Assembly (NCBI RefSeq): GCF_024256425.1
Contig: NC_071115.1
Span: forward strand, 12,590,746 to 12,654,745
Length of the DNA: 64,000 nucleotides
Origin: Clarias gariepinus
Taxonomy: Eukaryota
Direction of reading: 5' to 3'
In this document: piece by piece, positions 9,991 through 23,530 of the stretch
Position numbering within the stretch: position 1 is the stretch's first letter
Layout of the letters: every line of letters starts with the position of its first letter
The notes under the pieces: generated by a model
Told to the model about the DNA's origin: nothing
The model's input: only the letters and a program-made list of their open reading frames with translations
Database searches by the model: none
Position numbers and translations under genes: made by a program

Positions 9991-11984
9991 CACATGCAAT
10001 TAGAGCAAACTATATCAGTTAATTAAAAACTTTTTAGCCACTGTTGCATTACTTTCAGTACAGCCTTGATTAAACTGCTTAGTGCACTACCATTCCAGAG
10101 CAATACACCATAACAATACTGTGTGGTGTTTAATCTCACACAGTGAACCACTATTTTAACAATGGTACTCAAGCAAAAATGAACATAACATGCTTAAATA
10201 TACACTTACTGAGCACTTATCAGAAACACATGTACTGTACACCTGCTGATTTATGCAAGTTTTTACAAAATCAGTCAATCATGTGGTAGAAGTGCAATAC
10301 AGGGCCATATGGAAGGATTTTTGGTGCCAGTTGGACTATTTTAAGATGATTTTCTGGGATTTTCACAGATTAGACACCAGAGTTTACACTGCATGCCGCA
10401 ATAAAGAAAAACATCAAATCAGCAGCAGAACGGCAATGCCTTGTTGATGATAGAGGTCAACAAAGAATGGACAACCTGTCGAAACTTGAGGCAGGTGGGC
10501 TAAAACAGCAGAAGCCCATGTCAGGTTTCACGTACAGTATGTAAGCCAAGAACAAAGCTGAGGCTGCATTGGGCACAGACTCATAAAAAACTGGATGGAT
10601 AAAGACTGAAAAAAAAAATTTAGCCTGGTCCAACAAATCCTGGTTTCTGCTGAGGCAGACAGATGGTAGGGTCAGAATTTGACAATCGCATGAATCCATG
10701 AATTCCCCTTGTGTCAACAGTGTAGGCTGGTGGAGGTGGTGTAACGGTGTGGGTAATGCTGTCTTTGGCAAATTCGGAGCTTGTTAATACCAATCAATCA
10801 AATATTCACCGCCACAACCTATTTCAGTACTGTTGCTGAACATGTACCACAACTTATCCATCTTCTAATGGCTACTTCCAACATGATTATGCACCCTGCT
10901 GCAAAGCGAAAGTCACCTCAAACTTTAACGTTTCTTTTCTTTTTTTGTTTTAGTGACCTTCAGTTACCAAATCTGAATTCAGTAGAAAACCATGTGGATG
11001 TGGTTAAAAAAAGAGATTTGTTGACAATCATGTCAACATGGACCAGAATCTTTAAGGATAGTATCTTGTGGTATGTTATGAGAGCAACGGGGAGCAAATG
11101 CCACCCCTTAATTATCCCCCCCCACACACTTGTAGTACTTGGGTTTAGTTCGGGTTAAAATTTGGTTTAGCATTAGGGTCATTTAAATAATGTGGGATCA
11201 GATAAAGTCTGAGGCACTAGTCTGTTTAGTGCTCCTGATGTGATCACTCTATCCTGACACAATCCTGAAGAAAATATAGGAAAGTACAATCATTTGGAGA
11301 GATTAATAAACCAAACTCGGCCGTCAGTTCTCTGGAACACACATTCAATTACTCGGTTTCTTTTTCAGTCAGAGCTAAGACTCTTATTCATCATTTCACA
11401 GGCAACCTCTTTTAAGAGAAACTAGAGCTCACATAGCAGAAAGTCTATTTTCAGCAATCCCAGTGCACTTCCAAGCTTTAATTATGCTGCCTTTAATAGC
11501 TTCCTAAAGGCCATTTCATCATGCCGCACCATTCCACATATGGGTAAATGTCATTTGTGACGTTCTTCTAAATTCTTCGGGAATACTTATTTTAAAAAAT
11601 AAAAAATTAGCTCATTTCTTTTGAATGGAGCATCTGTGAAACATCTTTCAACTAGTTGGAGGAAATAAGCAGATGCCCCAGGCCTAGAAGCTTGTTTTCT
11701 CTTTGTATGCTGGTGGTTGGTGCCATCTAGTGTCCAACAACAAAGTCACAGGTTTTGAAACAAGAGTTGGGTACAAATAGACTTGTACGTCTACAGCATG
11801 ACTACAGCATGGGGCAGAGCTTCCTCTTATAAAAGCCTTACAGTTCTGGAACAGCTTAAGTGGTCAGGGGGTCGGACACAGCCTTAGTGTTTAAGTCTAG
11901 ATTAAAACCCTATTTAAGTCAAGCCCTTTGTGTATATATTCATGTGCCTGGAGTGTTTTTTTTTGGAAACTGGTATATTTTGGG

Positions 11985-12480
11985 CGGCACGGTGGTGTAG
12001 TGGTTAGCACTGTTGCCTTGCTCCTCTAGCCCAGGTTCGATTACTGGGCAGACCCGATTCCCGTCTCCATGTGCAAGGAGTTTGCATGTTCTCCCCGTGC
12101 TTGGTGGGTTTCCTCCAGATACTCCAGTTTCCTTCCAAAGACCTGCAGATTAGGCTAATTGGTCTTCCTTAATTGCCTGTAGTGTGTGAATGAGTGTGTG
12201 TATGTGCGTCTGCACTGCGATGGATTGGCACCGTGTCCAGGGTGTGCCCTGCCTCATGTCCTAAGTCTTCTAGGTTAGGCTCCAGACCTCCTGTGACCCT
12301 GAATACAGAATAAAACGGTATAGACGATGAGTAAGTGAGTGAGTTGTATATGTGGTCTATTTTGCATGTTCTCCCTATGCTTGGTGGATTCTCTCCGGGC
12401 CTTCCCCCATGTACCCAAAGTTCCCTGAAATAGGCTCAAGGCCCTCTCATGATCGAGCACGGGATGAGCGGCATACACAA
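11985..12480 (+). mobile_element. tRNA-derived teleost SINE (full copy 11985-12320) followed by a second partial copy (about 12340-12480)
   Basis: The sequence ggcggcacggtggtgtagtggttagcactgttgcc...caggttcgattac...gcaaggagtttgcatgttctccccgtgcttggtgggtttcctcc...ccaaagacctgcagattaggctaattgg...ggtgtgccctgcc... is the widespread teleost SINE consensus. The partial repeat ends in the gaatgaacg tail. Confidence 0.75.
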
Positions 12481-15400
12481 TGAACGAATGAACGATACGA
12501 TATGTTTGGATGCTATCTTCCTCCATTCTCATGACCGACTGTAACTTACCTATTTCTCCTCACTCAGGTTTGTTGATTGTTAAGTGGTTGGCCGCCGTAC
12601 ATCACAGGGAGGCCTCATGTCTGTGCTTCGCTTTGGCTCCAACTTTTAGTTTTACTGTTACACATAGTCCCACAAGGGGTGTTCTAGCCAAACCAGGACT
12701 GATTGTGTAGAATAACGGAACACCTTTAGATGGAAACTACCTTTATTTCTCTACATAATCCCCTGTGGCACTAATGCACTTATCCCATATTGGATACCAT
12801 CAAGGTAGAAAGTTCTCTCAGTAAGTCAGAGCCATGTTCAAACTGCCTGCTTTAAGTCTGAAACACTGTCCTCCTTCAACAGCTCAAACATGTGGAAATG
12901 TCTTGGAGCGGGGTCAGGACTATACAGGGGATGTGGCAATAACTTCCAGCTGAATTCCTGTTATGTGGTGCTTGTGAATGATTTGTACAGTTCCTACCAC
13001 AAACTGTATTATTCTCAAGGATTAAACGTTAAAACGCTCGCTGAATGTTCACTGGAACGACTGCAGTAGGCTTTGAGCCACCTCGGCCAGGATCATCATT
13101 CATAGACATACGGCCTCGGGTAAAACATTTGCATCTCATTCAATGTTGTTGAATGAGTCTCATCACCATGCTGTGTTTCAAGTCTTCTGTGTCAATTTTA
13201 CACCTTTTTTTTTTTTACACGTTTGAACGCCCTTCGTACATTGACCTGATCCATTACAGTACACTGAGCATTCCTAGTTATCTTTCCCTTTTATTATTTG
13301 TTAGAACTTCAGTACATCAATACAGACTAATGATAAACAACTCCACTCAGCTGGTTTGCAATATTCCCTAACATTCTTAAGCATAGGATATCAAACTAAG
13401 CTTCATAGGTATTATTTTAATTGTTCAGTTGTACATCTGAGCAAAATTATTAAAAAAAAGGTGCAATCAGACTTTCCACCGGTGTGGAAACACCGTTTAC
13501 TCAAACCCCGCTTTATGCTGATCTCTAGGATGTATATCACTGAAACTACTGTATCTTTGTAAAGATCTTAAAAACGTGATTTTTTTTGTTTTTTGCATTA
13601 AGCCACATCCTGCATCCCTGTAGAATAAACACTATCAAATATTATTAAATAGTTTAGATCACTGTTATCCTATAAAAAAAAGAAGAGTTTTTGTTGATAG
13701 CTTTCTTTAAAATATAAGTCTCCAGCGTGTCCATCACCGGAGACTTTAAGACAAAGGACTTCCCCGTTTCTCTTAAACATAAATATTTCATAAACATCAA
13801 ATAATTACAAATAATAAAAAGCCTAATCTGTCATTCTTTCACTAATCATTCAAAGTTATTCTATGCAAGTTGATGTGCAAGAGCAATAAATCACTTCAGG
13901 AAGTGCCGTTATAGGAAAACAGTCACTTTTCTACGCTAACAGTTACTCCGCTCTGCGTCATGCCACATCACACCCCCGTCTTTCTTGTATGCCGCACGCA
14001 TATTACCATAAAAAAAAGGCCAGAGTGGTTTACTTGTGTTTCAGTGTGAATGTGGAGCAAAGAAATCATACTCAAATCTAGCACAATCACAACCTTTGAG
14101 TCTGATTCCAGGTCTGTCAGTTTAATTGCCAACACTGTTGGAGTGAAAGCTGGGGGAAGTTTGTAAAGCAACCACACCACACATTCGTTTGCAAAAAACC
14201 ACAATCAAGCATTTATTTAAAGTCCCCCCCCCCAAGCTATCCTACTTCATAGCAGTACAAAAATTTATGTTCTTAATTTTGCCAGACAATTAAAAAAAAA
14301 CCTATACAGAATGCACAATTAAAATAACTTTTTCACCAGCTCAAAAACAAATTCACTTAAATTAATGTAAAAAGAAAAACATTCAAGATTTTAAAAATAT
14401 ATATATAATGAGTTAATTTAAACTCAATACATAGTTCAATATTTAAAGGCTTTTTTATGATTACATCAGCATAAAGAACACCAAGACCTACAGACAGAAA
14501 CTGGTTTAAAAACCATGTGTACACTTCCATCAGCGTTAATACTGCAGCACTATAAATAGATAAGGCCGAACCTCTCTCTCTCTCTCTCCATGCCTTCAAT
14601 CACTCACACAAAGAGGTCACGCAAAACATGTAGTTCAAACAAAAATTATAGTCATGCTTTATAAAAGAGCTTCATGTAAAAAACAAAACAACAACAACAA
14701 AGAAACCCACATCTTTACATAACATCAGAGTTTGTGATCTGCACAGTGAAAGCGTGTCCTATTAAACTCCTGTTAAATCATAATGATCATGAACCTACAG
14801 ATCCTTGACGCCTTAGAGCTCAGGTTCCCGAGTCTGGTCCTGGAGAAGCACAGATTAGTGTTTCTCTGCTCTAAGACACTGTTTAATAGCTGAATCAGGT
14901 GCGTTAGAGCAGGAAAAATGCCAAGATGTACAAGTCAAGGTTAAAAACCTGTATAAAACCCTCTGGTATCATGAGAAACCATTACAATAAAATAAAGAAT
15001 TGAATTTTTTTTTTTATCGCAGTGCTTCTATCACCAATAGGTAACTACTTACCAAATAAGTACTACTATCAAATAAATAAAAAGAAAAAATCATTTTAAG
15101 CTTCACATCAATTTCTGTCCATGTTACTGGAAATTATTTTATGGCTGGTTTGTACAGACGTTTGAGATCTTGCCAAAGCAATATGGCATCACAATAAAAC
15201 AAGAGCTTCAGTTTGGCGATGCTTAAGTGTATTAAACTATTATAAACCATCAGGGACCGAATAAAATAATTTAATAAGGAAGTTGTGGTCATGAATTAGA
15301 TGTGATAAAAGATGTGAGGGACAGATGCTGTCATGAAAACGTTTTCATGAAGATTTGTTGCTTATCTGGCACAGAGATCTAAAAGCCGGTGGTTTGAAAA

Positions 15401-17133
15401 ACAAGTACTTGTTTCTGTACGGGTACTCAACCTGTTGGGGGTGGTGGTAGTGGGGGGGATTGGAAGTTGACCCTAGCACCAGTTTATCACCTGATCCCAC
15501 AGCACTGAATTAATCATTTTGTAAACGAGCTTGCTTTCTGTCAATAGTTTACAAAGATTTTGTCAATCTTTTGTTAAAAAAAAAAAAAAAAAAAAAGAAC
15601 TCACTGAAAGTGGTTTTCAGCACCATTTCAGCATTATTGCAAGATTATTACTTGTATAATATGAATGCATGAATCCAAGTAAATTCTTGGCCGTATTCTA
15701 TAACAGAATGTGCAATAAAGCGTGTTCCCCATGTTACACTATACACTGACAATCTTCTAATGACAGACCAGTGGTAAAGAAATGACAATATCCGGCTCGT
15801 CAATCAGCATGAACCAGGATTCAGAAATCTCATTTTAGCAGTAAGCAGTCACTTCCTGCAATTTTATTAAAGAATTAAATCAAGTGACATAAGTTTGTCC
15901 TTGGTCGCGATGGCACAAAGTCACTCCATATTTAATTGGATGCTGCAACTGTACTCTCCTTGCTGCTACAAGTTTCTGCTTCGTGTTTAAGAACTTGCAG
16001 TCTTTAAAGCTCGCCTTTAATTATAACCTGACTAGAGGCTAAGAAAATTATATCAGCATGGGAAAGAGATCAAACAAGGCATTTCCTTTATAACTGCCAC
16101 ATGGCGGCCAGCGCCGCACGTCTAGTCTACCATCAACATCCAGTAAACCTTACTGGATTATCCTCAAAGGCTTTCCCAAAGCCAAAAAAAAAAAAAAAAA
16201 AAAAAAAAAATTATGGGTGATACCAGTGCTGGTAATGTGACTTGATGGCTCAAGATAGAAGAGAACCATATCCTGAGAGCATGCTGTGGTAATATAATGA
16301 TATCCAAGTGTAAATTGTAAAACCTTTTGCTTTACCAGGAACGTAAAGAAGAATATCGAAAGCAATAAAGAATGCAATCAGATAACCGTCTTCTTCTTCT
16401 AATCTACTTTTTAAAAGGATACAACATGGCACAAGTACTAAACTAAATGAAAAAAATAAATGTTAATTACAACCTTCTAGACAGATCAAGTTTACTACAA
16501 TATGTAGCCTTTCTTCACAGAGCTGAGTCCTGATAAATGTTCTTCTGAAAACAGGATAGAAAAAAAAAAAAAGAATAGAAAGTCTGCGAATATGGATCCT
16601 CGCAGTGGACCTCTGAACTATTAACTGCAGGCTGTGGTGAAGAAAAAAAATAAACGACTCTGATAAGCCCATAATTACACAGTCATAAAAGTGTTGGGTG
16701 CTTTCATGCAGTTAATCATTACACCAGACTCTTCAGTCGGCTAAAAAGATTTAAATAACCGAATGTATGTCTTTTCACGGATCAGCACACAATGTGATGA
16801 TAAAGGTCAGGGAAAACAAATGAAGAAAGATCACACCAAGTGCATCCTGTGAAATGCATTTGTCTGCCTCAGGCTAAAGATGTCGCAGATGTTCAATAAG
16901 AGATCGACATTAATCTTCACCTGGAAGAGGGTGAGAAGCCGGTCAGGTTAATGCCCTCTATTCAGCTTCAAAATAAAGCTTATATTCAGCAGCTGTGTTT
17001 ACTGAGACAGCAATATCAGTACGAGATTGGATCTTGTATTAGCCTAAAACATAACGGGGCCACAAATAAGCATTCTTCCCCGCCCACCCCACCTCATCTC
17101 TACAATCCAACATTATGGGACAACACTTCTATA

Positions 17134-17165
<32 letters not shown>

Positions 17166-17500
17166 GGACCCTTTTCAACTCACTATCAAGTTTCAAACAT
17201 GCTTTTTGTGATCAGATCCTTTTGGGGCATTCATTTAAGTGCACTGACCGGTCAAAGTGCAAAATTATCACCACAGCATTCTGGAAAGGGAAGCATTATT
17301 ACATCATAAAATATAAGAGCCAATCGTGTTCCAATATGCAAATCCAGGCCAGGCAACTCAGTCTATCAAGGAGAAAACAGTGTGGTTGGGACACTTCTGA
17401 TTTGCATATGCAAAATTCAATTTCAAACATCTTCACTGTAAAAGGCAGTATGTGTGGCATCTGAGTTCAGAGAGTATTCTTTTTTTTTTGGTTTTTGTGG

Positions 17501-18757
17501 CTAAGGGTTTGTCTTTTTTGAAGAAGATAAATGATTGGCACAGCAGGGAGATGAGGCCACTGCCGGTAGTCCAGGTGGATGGCAAAACTCTTTAATAGTG
17601 ACAGTAAGGAGGTTGGTTGTAACGTCTGTAATGACAACGTTGGCACACTGTGCGGCCATTTCCGGATGCCAATCCAGGTCCTGTTCCTCCTCTGAGGCCT
17701 CTTCAGATATGGGAATATCAGGAACTTTGGGCTGTCGGCGGCCACGAAAGTGCTGGCGCTGTCTGGCTCGCCTGTCGGTTCCATGAGGCACAGAGAGATC
17801 CAGGATGCGCTCGTTGTCTTCAGAGGAGGACGATAATGATGAGGAAGAGGAGGACGAAGAGAACATGGGAGAGGAAGGCATGGCTGACTGAGACAATTTG
17901 GCTTTCGAGTCTGTTAGCTGAGGAGAGGATTTGGCAGCATGGGAAATTTGAGAATTGGCTTCACCTGATTGTGGTAACTGATTAGTGTGAAACTGTGTTG
18001 GAGGTGGGGGGTGAGGTTCACTGTCCGAGACCTCGGAGCTTGAAGCAGATCGAGGTGGCTCGGCATGTGCTTCAGACACAGGTATTGTATTCTTAAATTT
18101 TGAGCTTTGAGAGGAAGATGCCAATGGATTTGTACCTGTTTTGTGACCACTTTGTTCAGCCTTTGGCTTTTCCTCAGAAGGGTCCATTGAATAAGCCTCA
18201 ATTGGCTTTCTAAAAACCGAAAATCCAGCACTGCTCATGGGTGGCTGCAGGCATCTAAAAGATACTTCCCCAAACCTCCTGCTCTTCCCGATTACTCTGT
18301 TCCGGGAGGGAACTTTCTGGCGCCCAACATGAGACTGATGGCTAGAATTTGGAGTCCTTTTATTGTTAGCTGGTCCAGTCTTGTCCATTACTTTTAGATT
18401 TAAGATCACCCGTCCCTTTTTGACTTCACGGGGTTTGACTTTTCGGTTAAGGATGCGGACGGTCTCACAGAAAGGGCTGACCGTCGGACGGGAAGAGAAG
18501 GGACCAGAAGAACCGACTGGTGGAGCTAAAGGGTCAGGGCGAGGTAAAGGACGTCGTGCCATCCGATGACACCGGTGGATGTCTTTCTTCAGTTTGGGTT
18601 GGGCAGCTCCAGACTGCAGCTTAGCATTTGAAGAGCCACTGGGATGGTACGAGGGTGCGGATGCGGGTGTGGGTGGAGGAGGTGGCTTGGAGGATGGCTG
18701 AGGCCGACTAGGCTTGAATTCAAGAACTCTAGGTGAGCTCTCAGCCTGTGCTCGTGA
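17501..18757 (-). CDS. cbx6: chromobox protein (CBX6-type), large terminal exon 5 (Ser/Pro-rich low-complexity region and C-terminal Pc/C-box)
   Basis: The acceptor is ctccttag|TCACGAGC, 89 bp from exon 4. A continuous 1257-nt reading frame runs to the stop at 17501-17503. The C-terminal motif [32 protein letters not shown] is the Polycomb C-box (human CBX6 ...[28 protein letters not shown]...). The five exons total 1503 nt, or 500 aa. Confidence 0.85.
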   Translation of the reverse strand, partial: [418 protein letters not shown]

Positions 18758-18846
18758 CTAAGGAGAAAGATAAAGAAAATGAATGGGGTATATTTTCACA
18801 AAAGGTAAACTGAACATGCAAGGTACACATAAAAAAGTACACTTAC

Positions 18847-18913
18847 CTTTAAAAGGAGTGTTTTAGGCTTGGGTCCTCTCTTTTTTGGTCCATAAAGTTC
18901 TTGTTCTCTTTCT
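18847..18913 (-). CDS. cbx6: chromobox protein (CBX6-type), exon 4 (AT-hook-like [10 protein letters not shown])
   Basis: The acceptor is tccctccag|AGAAAG and the donor is TTTTAAAG|GTAAGT. The translation (K)[22 protein letters not shown] aligns with CBX6 [22 protein letters not shown]. The exon is 67 nt. Confidence 0.9.
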
Positions 18914-21564
18914 CTGGAGGGACAAAAAAAGATGAGGGTGAACACTTTTCATAATTCAGGTGCTTTGGTCAGTCATACATTTTAGCATGCATCCTCACTT
19001 TAGATACAATGAAATTGGGGGAAGCATATAAAAAGCACATGAGGTGTAGGGTTATAGAATATGACTGTAGCTTGAAACATAAAACTCGTACTTAATATGT
19101 AATACTCAACAGCATTATTAATAATTAACTCATTTGTAATCTTCTTTGTGGTCTGTCCAAACAAAGAGCAGTTGGCTTTTAATTACAAGATTATTTTACT
19201 ATGAATCAAGTTTCTAGCCATAACACACCACTAAGATGGTTTACTTCTTCTGGATGATACTGGAGCAATCAACATTCTTATTCGTTCAAAACTACTGCAG
19301 TTATTAATGACATCTGTTCGAATCTGCTGTCCAGAGTCCAAGTATGTCTCTTGTTTCGTTAACAATTTATCTTTTGGATCAAATCCAATTTATAACCATC
19401 TGTAAACATTTTTTTATTATTATTATTATTTTTTTTTTACACAAATGTGTCCCACAAGAATCAGGCCTTAGACTTCTGTGTTTCACCTCATATATTTTTC
19501 TTTGCCAAGATAACTCAGCAACATGGTTTAACTCCCAGTGCAAGGTCCATCACAGCTCTTCCGCCTAGCTCAATAACCAGCTATCTAAAATCATTAATGG
19601 GTACCAGCTCACTTAAATAAAACAGATCAAACAGAAATTCTGCTTCTTGCTTGTTTGGCTGAAAATTAATCTGAACTCATTTCATTTTAGGTTTTCATAA
19701 TTGTATCCTTAAGATTACTGTAATCTCCTTTTGGCTGGCATGTTACACAGCCTTGTGCCATCTCTGTTTCTTCCTCTAATCCTGCACACAAGCTCTCAAT
19801 CCCAGGTCTACCAGTACTGATTCACAGAGTTTAGGACCATAGCTGTTAAGACTGCTTAGAAAGGTAAAGTAGCCTGCTTGAATACTTCCTGCAAAGAATT
19901 GTTCATAATGTCATCCTTTGACTCATATAGAGCACACCAAAACATCCACACATCAAACAGCCATAACGGCGCAGAGCACACTCATCAACATCAATAGACA
20001 TCAAAGATCACAGTGAGCGCTGACAATTTCCCCAATTCTCTTTCCTCTACATAATGATTCTGCACTTTCTCACACCACAAATGTCGCTAGGCTGTGACAG
20101 ATTGGTCTACAATGTGTGTGCTGAAAAAAACTTGCACCATATAGTTGAGATGAAAGGTTTCCATACATCTGATTTTTTTTTTTTTTTTTTTTTACACATA
20201 CTCATGATCATATAGCAAAGTAATCTCCTTTAGTTCCATTCTTAATTTACTATATTGGGTTTGTAGAGGATCAAATGTTTCCATACACTTTGAAAGCACT
20301 GCCTTTTATTTGCTCAACTTGAATCCTATGTCTGTGGTAGTTTTCCATAAACATCTTGCAATACTTTGCTGAACATTTTGCCCGTTCCTCCTGTCAGAAC
20401 CAGTGTCATTCATCTCCCATGCTCAAAAATGATTTTGACAAATTTTTTACGGGACATGCCAATACTTCCACTCTGTGACCTTTAAGCCATTTTGTTACAA
20501 GTTTAAAAGTTGAGATCTTTATGTTGCTGAAAACTCCAGGTACAGCCAAGTTTCAACTTTCTGTCTGATGTCATGAAGTCTCGCTTCAATATATCTAGAG
20601 AATTCTTCTTCCTCATGATGGCATCTATTTTCCGACATGCACCAATGCCTTTTTCAAGCAACACCCTCACTGTATGATTCTTCCACCCTTATTTTTAACA
20701 GCTTAAATGTTGTTGTTAGAATTAAAACCATTCTATGGTTTAGATTTTTCTAGACATTAAGGATACATTAAGGTCAATTATTAGAGCCAAACAGTTTCAT
20801 CTGATGAGAGAATTAGGATTAACAAAAGCGCCAACTCCCTCACCTGTTCCTCCACTATCTTGTGGCTCATTTGAACGTTTTAGAAATTTTTTTATTAACT
20901 TTTGGATGTTTGTTTCCGAGGTTTTATACTTAAATACAATTGTTTAAAAAGTTAGGTAATTTGGACATTTGACCATTTTACAAGGTCCCAGTTTTTTCTT
21001 CTTCTGAGGTTTAGGATACGTTTTACAGCTAAGGTCGCAATCAAAAGCTTTTAAAACTTATTACGTTTATTTCTGGAATCTATACTTTTTAATTGCTTGA
21101 ATTAAAATTTGTGGAGCTGTGAAAAAAAAAAAAGAGTGCCCTTTAATGCATGTGTATGTAAACTTTTGTCCTTAACTGCATATAGTTTGTTTCTCATTAC
21201 TGCACATGTGCAGTTGGCACCATGACCAATATAATTTGTTCCAGATTGGTATTTCTTTGAAGGTTTTGATCACACAACTAATGAAAATACCTTGGGTTAA
21301 ACTGACTAAGCTGTAAGGTGTTAGGTCCTTGCATAGTGCATTTACCTTCCTCTTCTTCTTCATCAGTAAAAATTTCACTAGCGTTTCAAAAAGTCATCGT
21401 TTATCATGGACAGGACAGCATAAGAGGGTGTGAAAAATAAGTTTTTTTTTAAGAAGATTTAAAAAAAGGCTGTACCACTTTCTTTAAAGCCTCATCAGAA
21501 ACACATCAGTGGTAGGTCCAGAAAGTTACTAATGAACTTGCATATATTGCAATCCAGACTGTAT

Positions 21565-21568
<4 letters not shown>

Positions 21569-21622
<54 letters not shown>
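21569..21622. repeat. (TA)n microsatellite in cbx6 intron 3
   Basis: Direct read. Confidence 0.95.
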
Positions 21623-21626
<4 letters not shown>

Positions 21627-22156
21627 ATATTGCCTAGCCATAGAATACAAATTAACTCCTATAAATAGCCACAAAAAGATGAATGCAAGTCTTAAATTTG
21701 ATTCTTCTTCTTATTTACTTTTAGTAAATGTATACTTTTAGGAAAATGCACTAATATCTCTCTCTCTCTCTTTAATTGTCCTATTTATTTTCAATATTTA
21801 AAATTGACATAACATTTCTGAGTATCAGCCAAGGACTGATATTGAAATGCTTACACGAAACAATCTCACTCTCTGGAAACTTCTGTCACTAAATTATACA
21901 AACCATTATGGATGTGATAATACAGATGTGCTCGTTGTTTACATGAAAGGTCTGTTTTGTGTCAGTCAGTGCAACATGCACAGCACGTATTGATGACAAA
22001 CACGACAATCTGAATCAGACGAGTGCAACCCGAACATGCACAAGTCGAGAGGTTAACACTGTCACGACAAATGTTTCTTCGCATATTAGATTTTAAGGAA
22101 ACACACAAACTTAGTGTGTGTGTGGGGTAACCAAGAAGACTGAGAATCAAACTCAC

Positions 22157-22222
22157 TTTTGTTCGAAAGCAGCTACGAGTCGGTCATCGAGGATGTTCTC
22201 CTCTGGCTCCCAAGTGCTGTAC
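22157..22222 (-). CDS. cbx6: chromobox protein (CBX6-type), exon 3
   Basis: The acceptor is gtgtgcag|GTACAGC and the donor is CAAAA|GTGAGT. The translation (K)[21 protein letters not shown](K) aligns with CBX6 [22 protein letters not shown]. The exon is 66 nt. Confidence 0.9.
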
Positions 22223-22312
22223 CTGCACACACGCAATAGAAACACAGGTATTTTATAAAAGGTATGTTTATTACGAACCAAATAATAACAATTCACATTT
22301 CAGATGACTTAC

Positions 22313-22356
22313 TTTATAGCCCAGCCTTTCCATTTTACCAAATACTCCATACGACC
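22313..22356 (-). CDS. cbx6: chromobox protein (CBX6-type), exon 2
   Basis: The acceptor is ttccag|GGTCGT and the donor is ATAAA|GTAAGT. The translation GRMEYLVKWKGWAIK matches CBX6 GRIEYLVKWKGWAIK; CBX8 has GWSQK and CBX7 has GWPPK. The exon is 44 nt and ends in phase 2. Confidence 0.9.
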
Positions 22357-22876
22357 CTGGAATGATAACATAAGCACATGGGGAAATGGGACAGTCAGAC
22401 AGTCAAGAAGCAAAAACAACAGAAACAAAATAGACACAACACTTTGAAAGCAGAGCAAAAAGCTCATTTTTTGCAAGGCTTGTCAAACAAAGGGCTCATG
22501 AGACGAGCTGTGGTTAGAGACTGATATACAAGTCACCTGAATTAAGGTTATTGTTTGGTCCAAATAAGCCTTGGCCATTTCTCGAGCACAGGCAGACTGC
22601 TCTTTGTCAAAATTAGCAAGGCGGGCAGACACAAAACAGCTGTGTTCGTCTCCCGGGCTAGCGCTAGTCTCTCTCACACACACAGGGCAGGCACACAACT
22701 AGCCTGCCTGCTAACGCTTTCTGCATCACAACACATTGTCCGAATGCCACACTGCGAGCAGGGCTAACCGCATCTACAGCGCTGCGTCTGGACCCTGCAC
22801 CCCAACCAGACAATAACCCGAGCCTTTCATGAACCGCACCTAAAGCAGGGCATTGTCACTGAAATGAATTCACTCA

Positions 22877-22917
<41 letters not shown>
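22877..22917. repeat. compound (GT)n(GA)n microsatellite in cbx6 intron 1, about 55 bp from the exon 1 donor
   Basis: Direct read. Confidence 0.95.
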
Positions 22918-22969
22918 CAAAGTTTAATCGAAGGCCGCAAAAACGCATCGCAACTGAAAATACACCAAC

Positions 22970-23038
22970 CTTACGGACGCGCCGCTTCAGGATGGCCTCG
23001 GCGGCAAACACGCGGTCCCCCGCCGCTGAAAGCTCCAT
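22970..23038 (-). CDS. cbx6: chromobox protein (CBX6-type), coding exon 1 (chromodomain N-terminus)
   Basis: A ccagctATGGag Kozak context precedes the ATG. The translation MELSAAGDRVFAAEAILKRRVRK aligns with human CBX6 [23 protein letters not shown]. The donor is AAG|GTTGGT. The exon is 69 nt. Confidence 0.9.
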
Positions 23039-23290
23039 AGCTGGGGACAGGAGACGACGCTTCGCCCGGTGAGGACACGGAAAGGAGCCCCGCGCTGATC
23101 GGGGAAAACACAAGCAGCCAGCCGCGCACAGATCGACCAGTGACTGTGGGCCCACGCGGTCACGTGACCCTGAGTAGGGGAATGCTGCAGCTAGGAGACA
23201 GGGGTAGGCGGGGATACTGTCAATCACATCCGCGCTCAACCAATCGTCGTTAGTTATGCTAAATTGCATCGACTGGGCTGTGCGCATGCG
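23039..23290 (-). promoter_or_regulatory. cbx6: cbx6 5' UTR / CpG-rich core promoter (CCAAT box ctcaaccaatcg, E-box cacgtgac)
   Basis: This is a GC-rich segment immediately 5' of the ATG on the minus strand. It holds cacgcggtcacgtgaccc and caaccaatcgtcg motifs. Where the transcription start lies cannot be determined from sequence. Confidence 0.4.
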
Positions 23291-23454
23291 TCAGAGGGGA
23301 ATTCGGGACAGTTTTTGAATTTGCACATTGTCTATACATTTTTGCCCTTTAAAAGAAAAAAAAAAACTTCTTATATGAAGCGCAAAATGTTAGAATTTTT
23401 AAGGCTATAAAATTTTATATATTCTAAAGAAACCTGCCTGGTTTACCATTCCAT

Positions 23455-23468
23455 TCTCTTTCTCTCTG

Positions 23469-23530
<62 letters not shown>
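23455..23530. repeat. compound (CT)n(CA)n microsatellite upstream of the cbx6 promoter
   Basis: Direct read. Confidence 0.95.

Noticed and set aside
12275-12532. ORFs 12275..12532 (−) and 9712..9999 (−)
   Set aside because: They fall inside SINE copies.
17535-18569. Plus-strand ORFs 17535..17786, 17650..17985 and 18363..18569, and minus ORF 17914..18231
   Set aside because: These are antisense or out-of-frame relative to the cbx6 terminal exon. They have no homology and there is no splice context.
22874-23287. 137-aa minus-strand ORF spanning the cbx6 promoter
   Set aside because: Only the segment MELSAAGDRVFAAEAILKRRVRK (22970-23038) is real coding sequence. The rest is 5' UTR or promoter upstream and intron (through the (GA)n(GT)n repeat) downstream.
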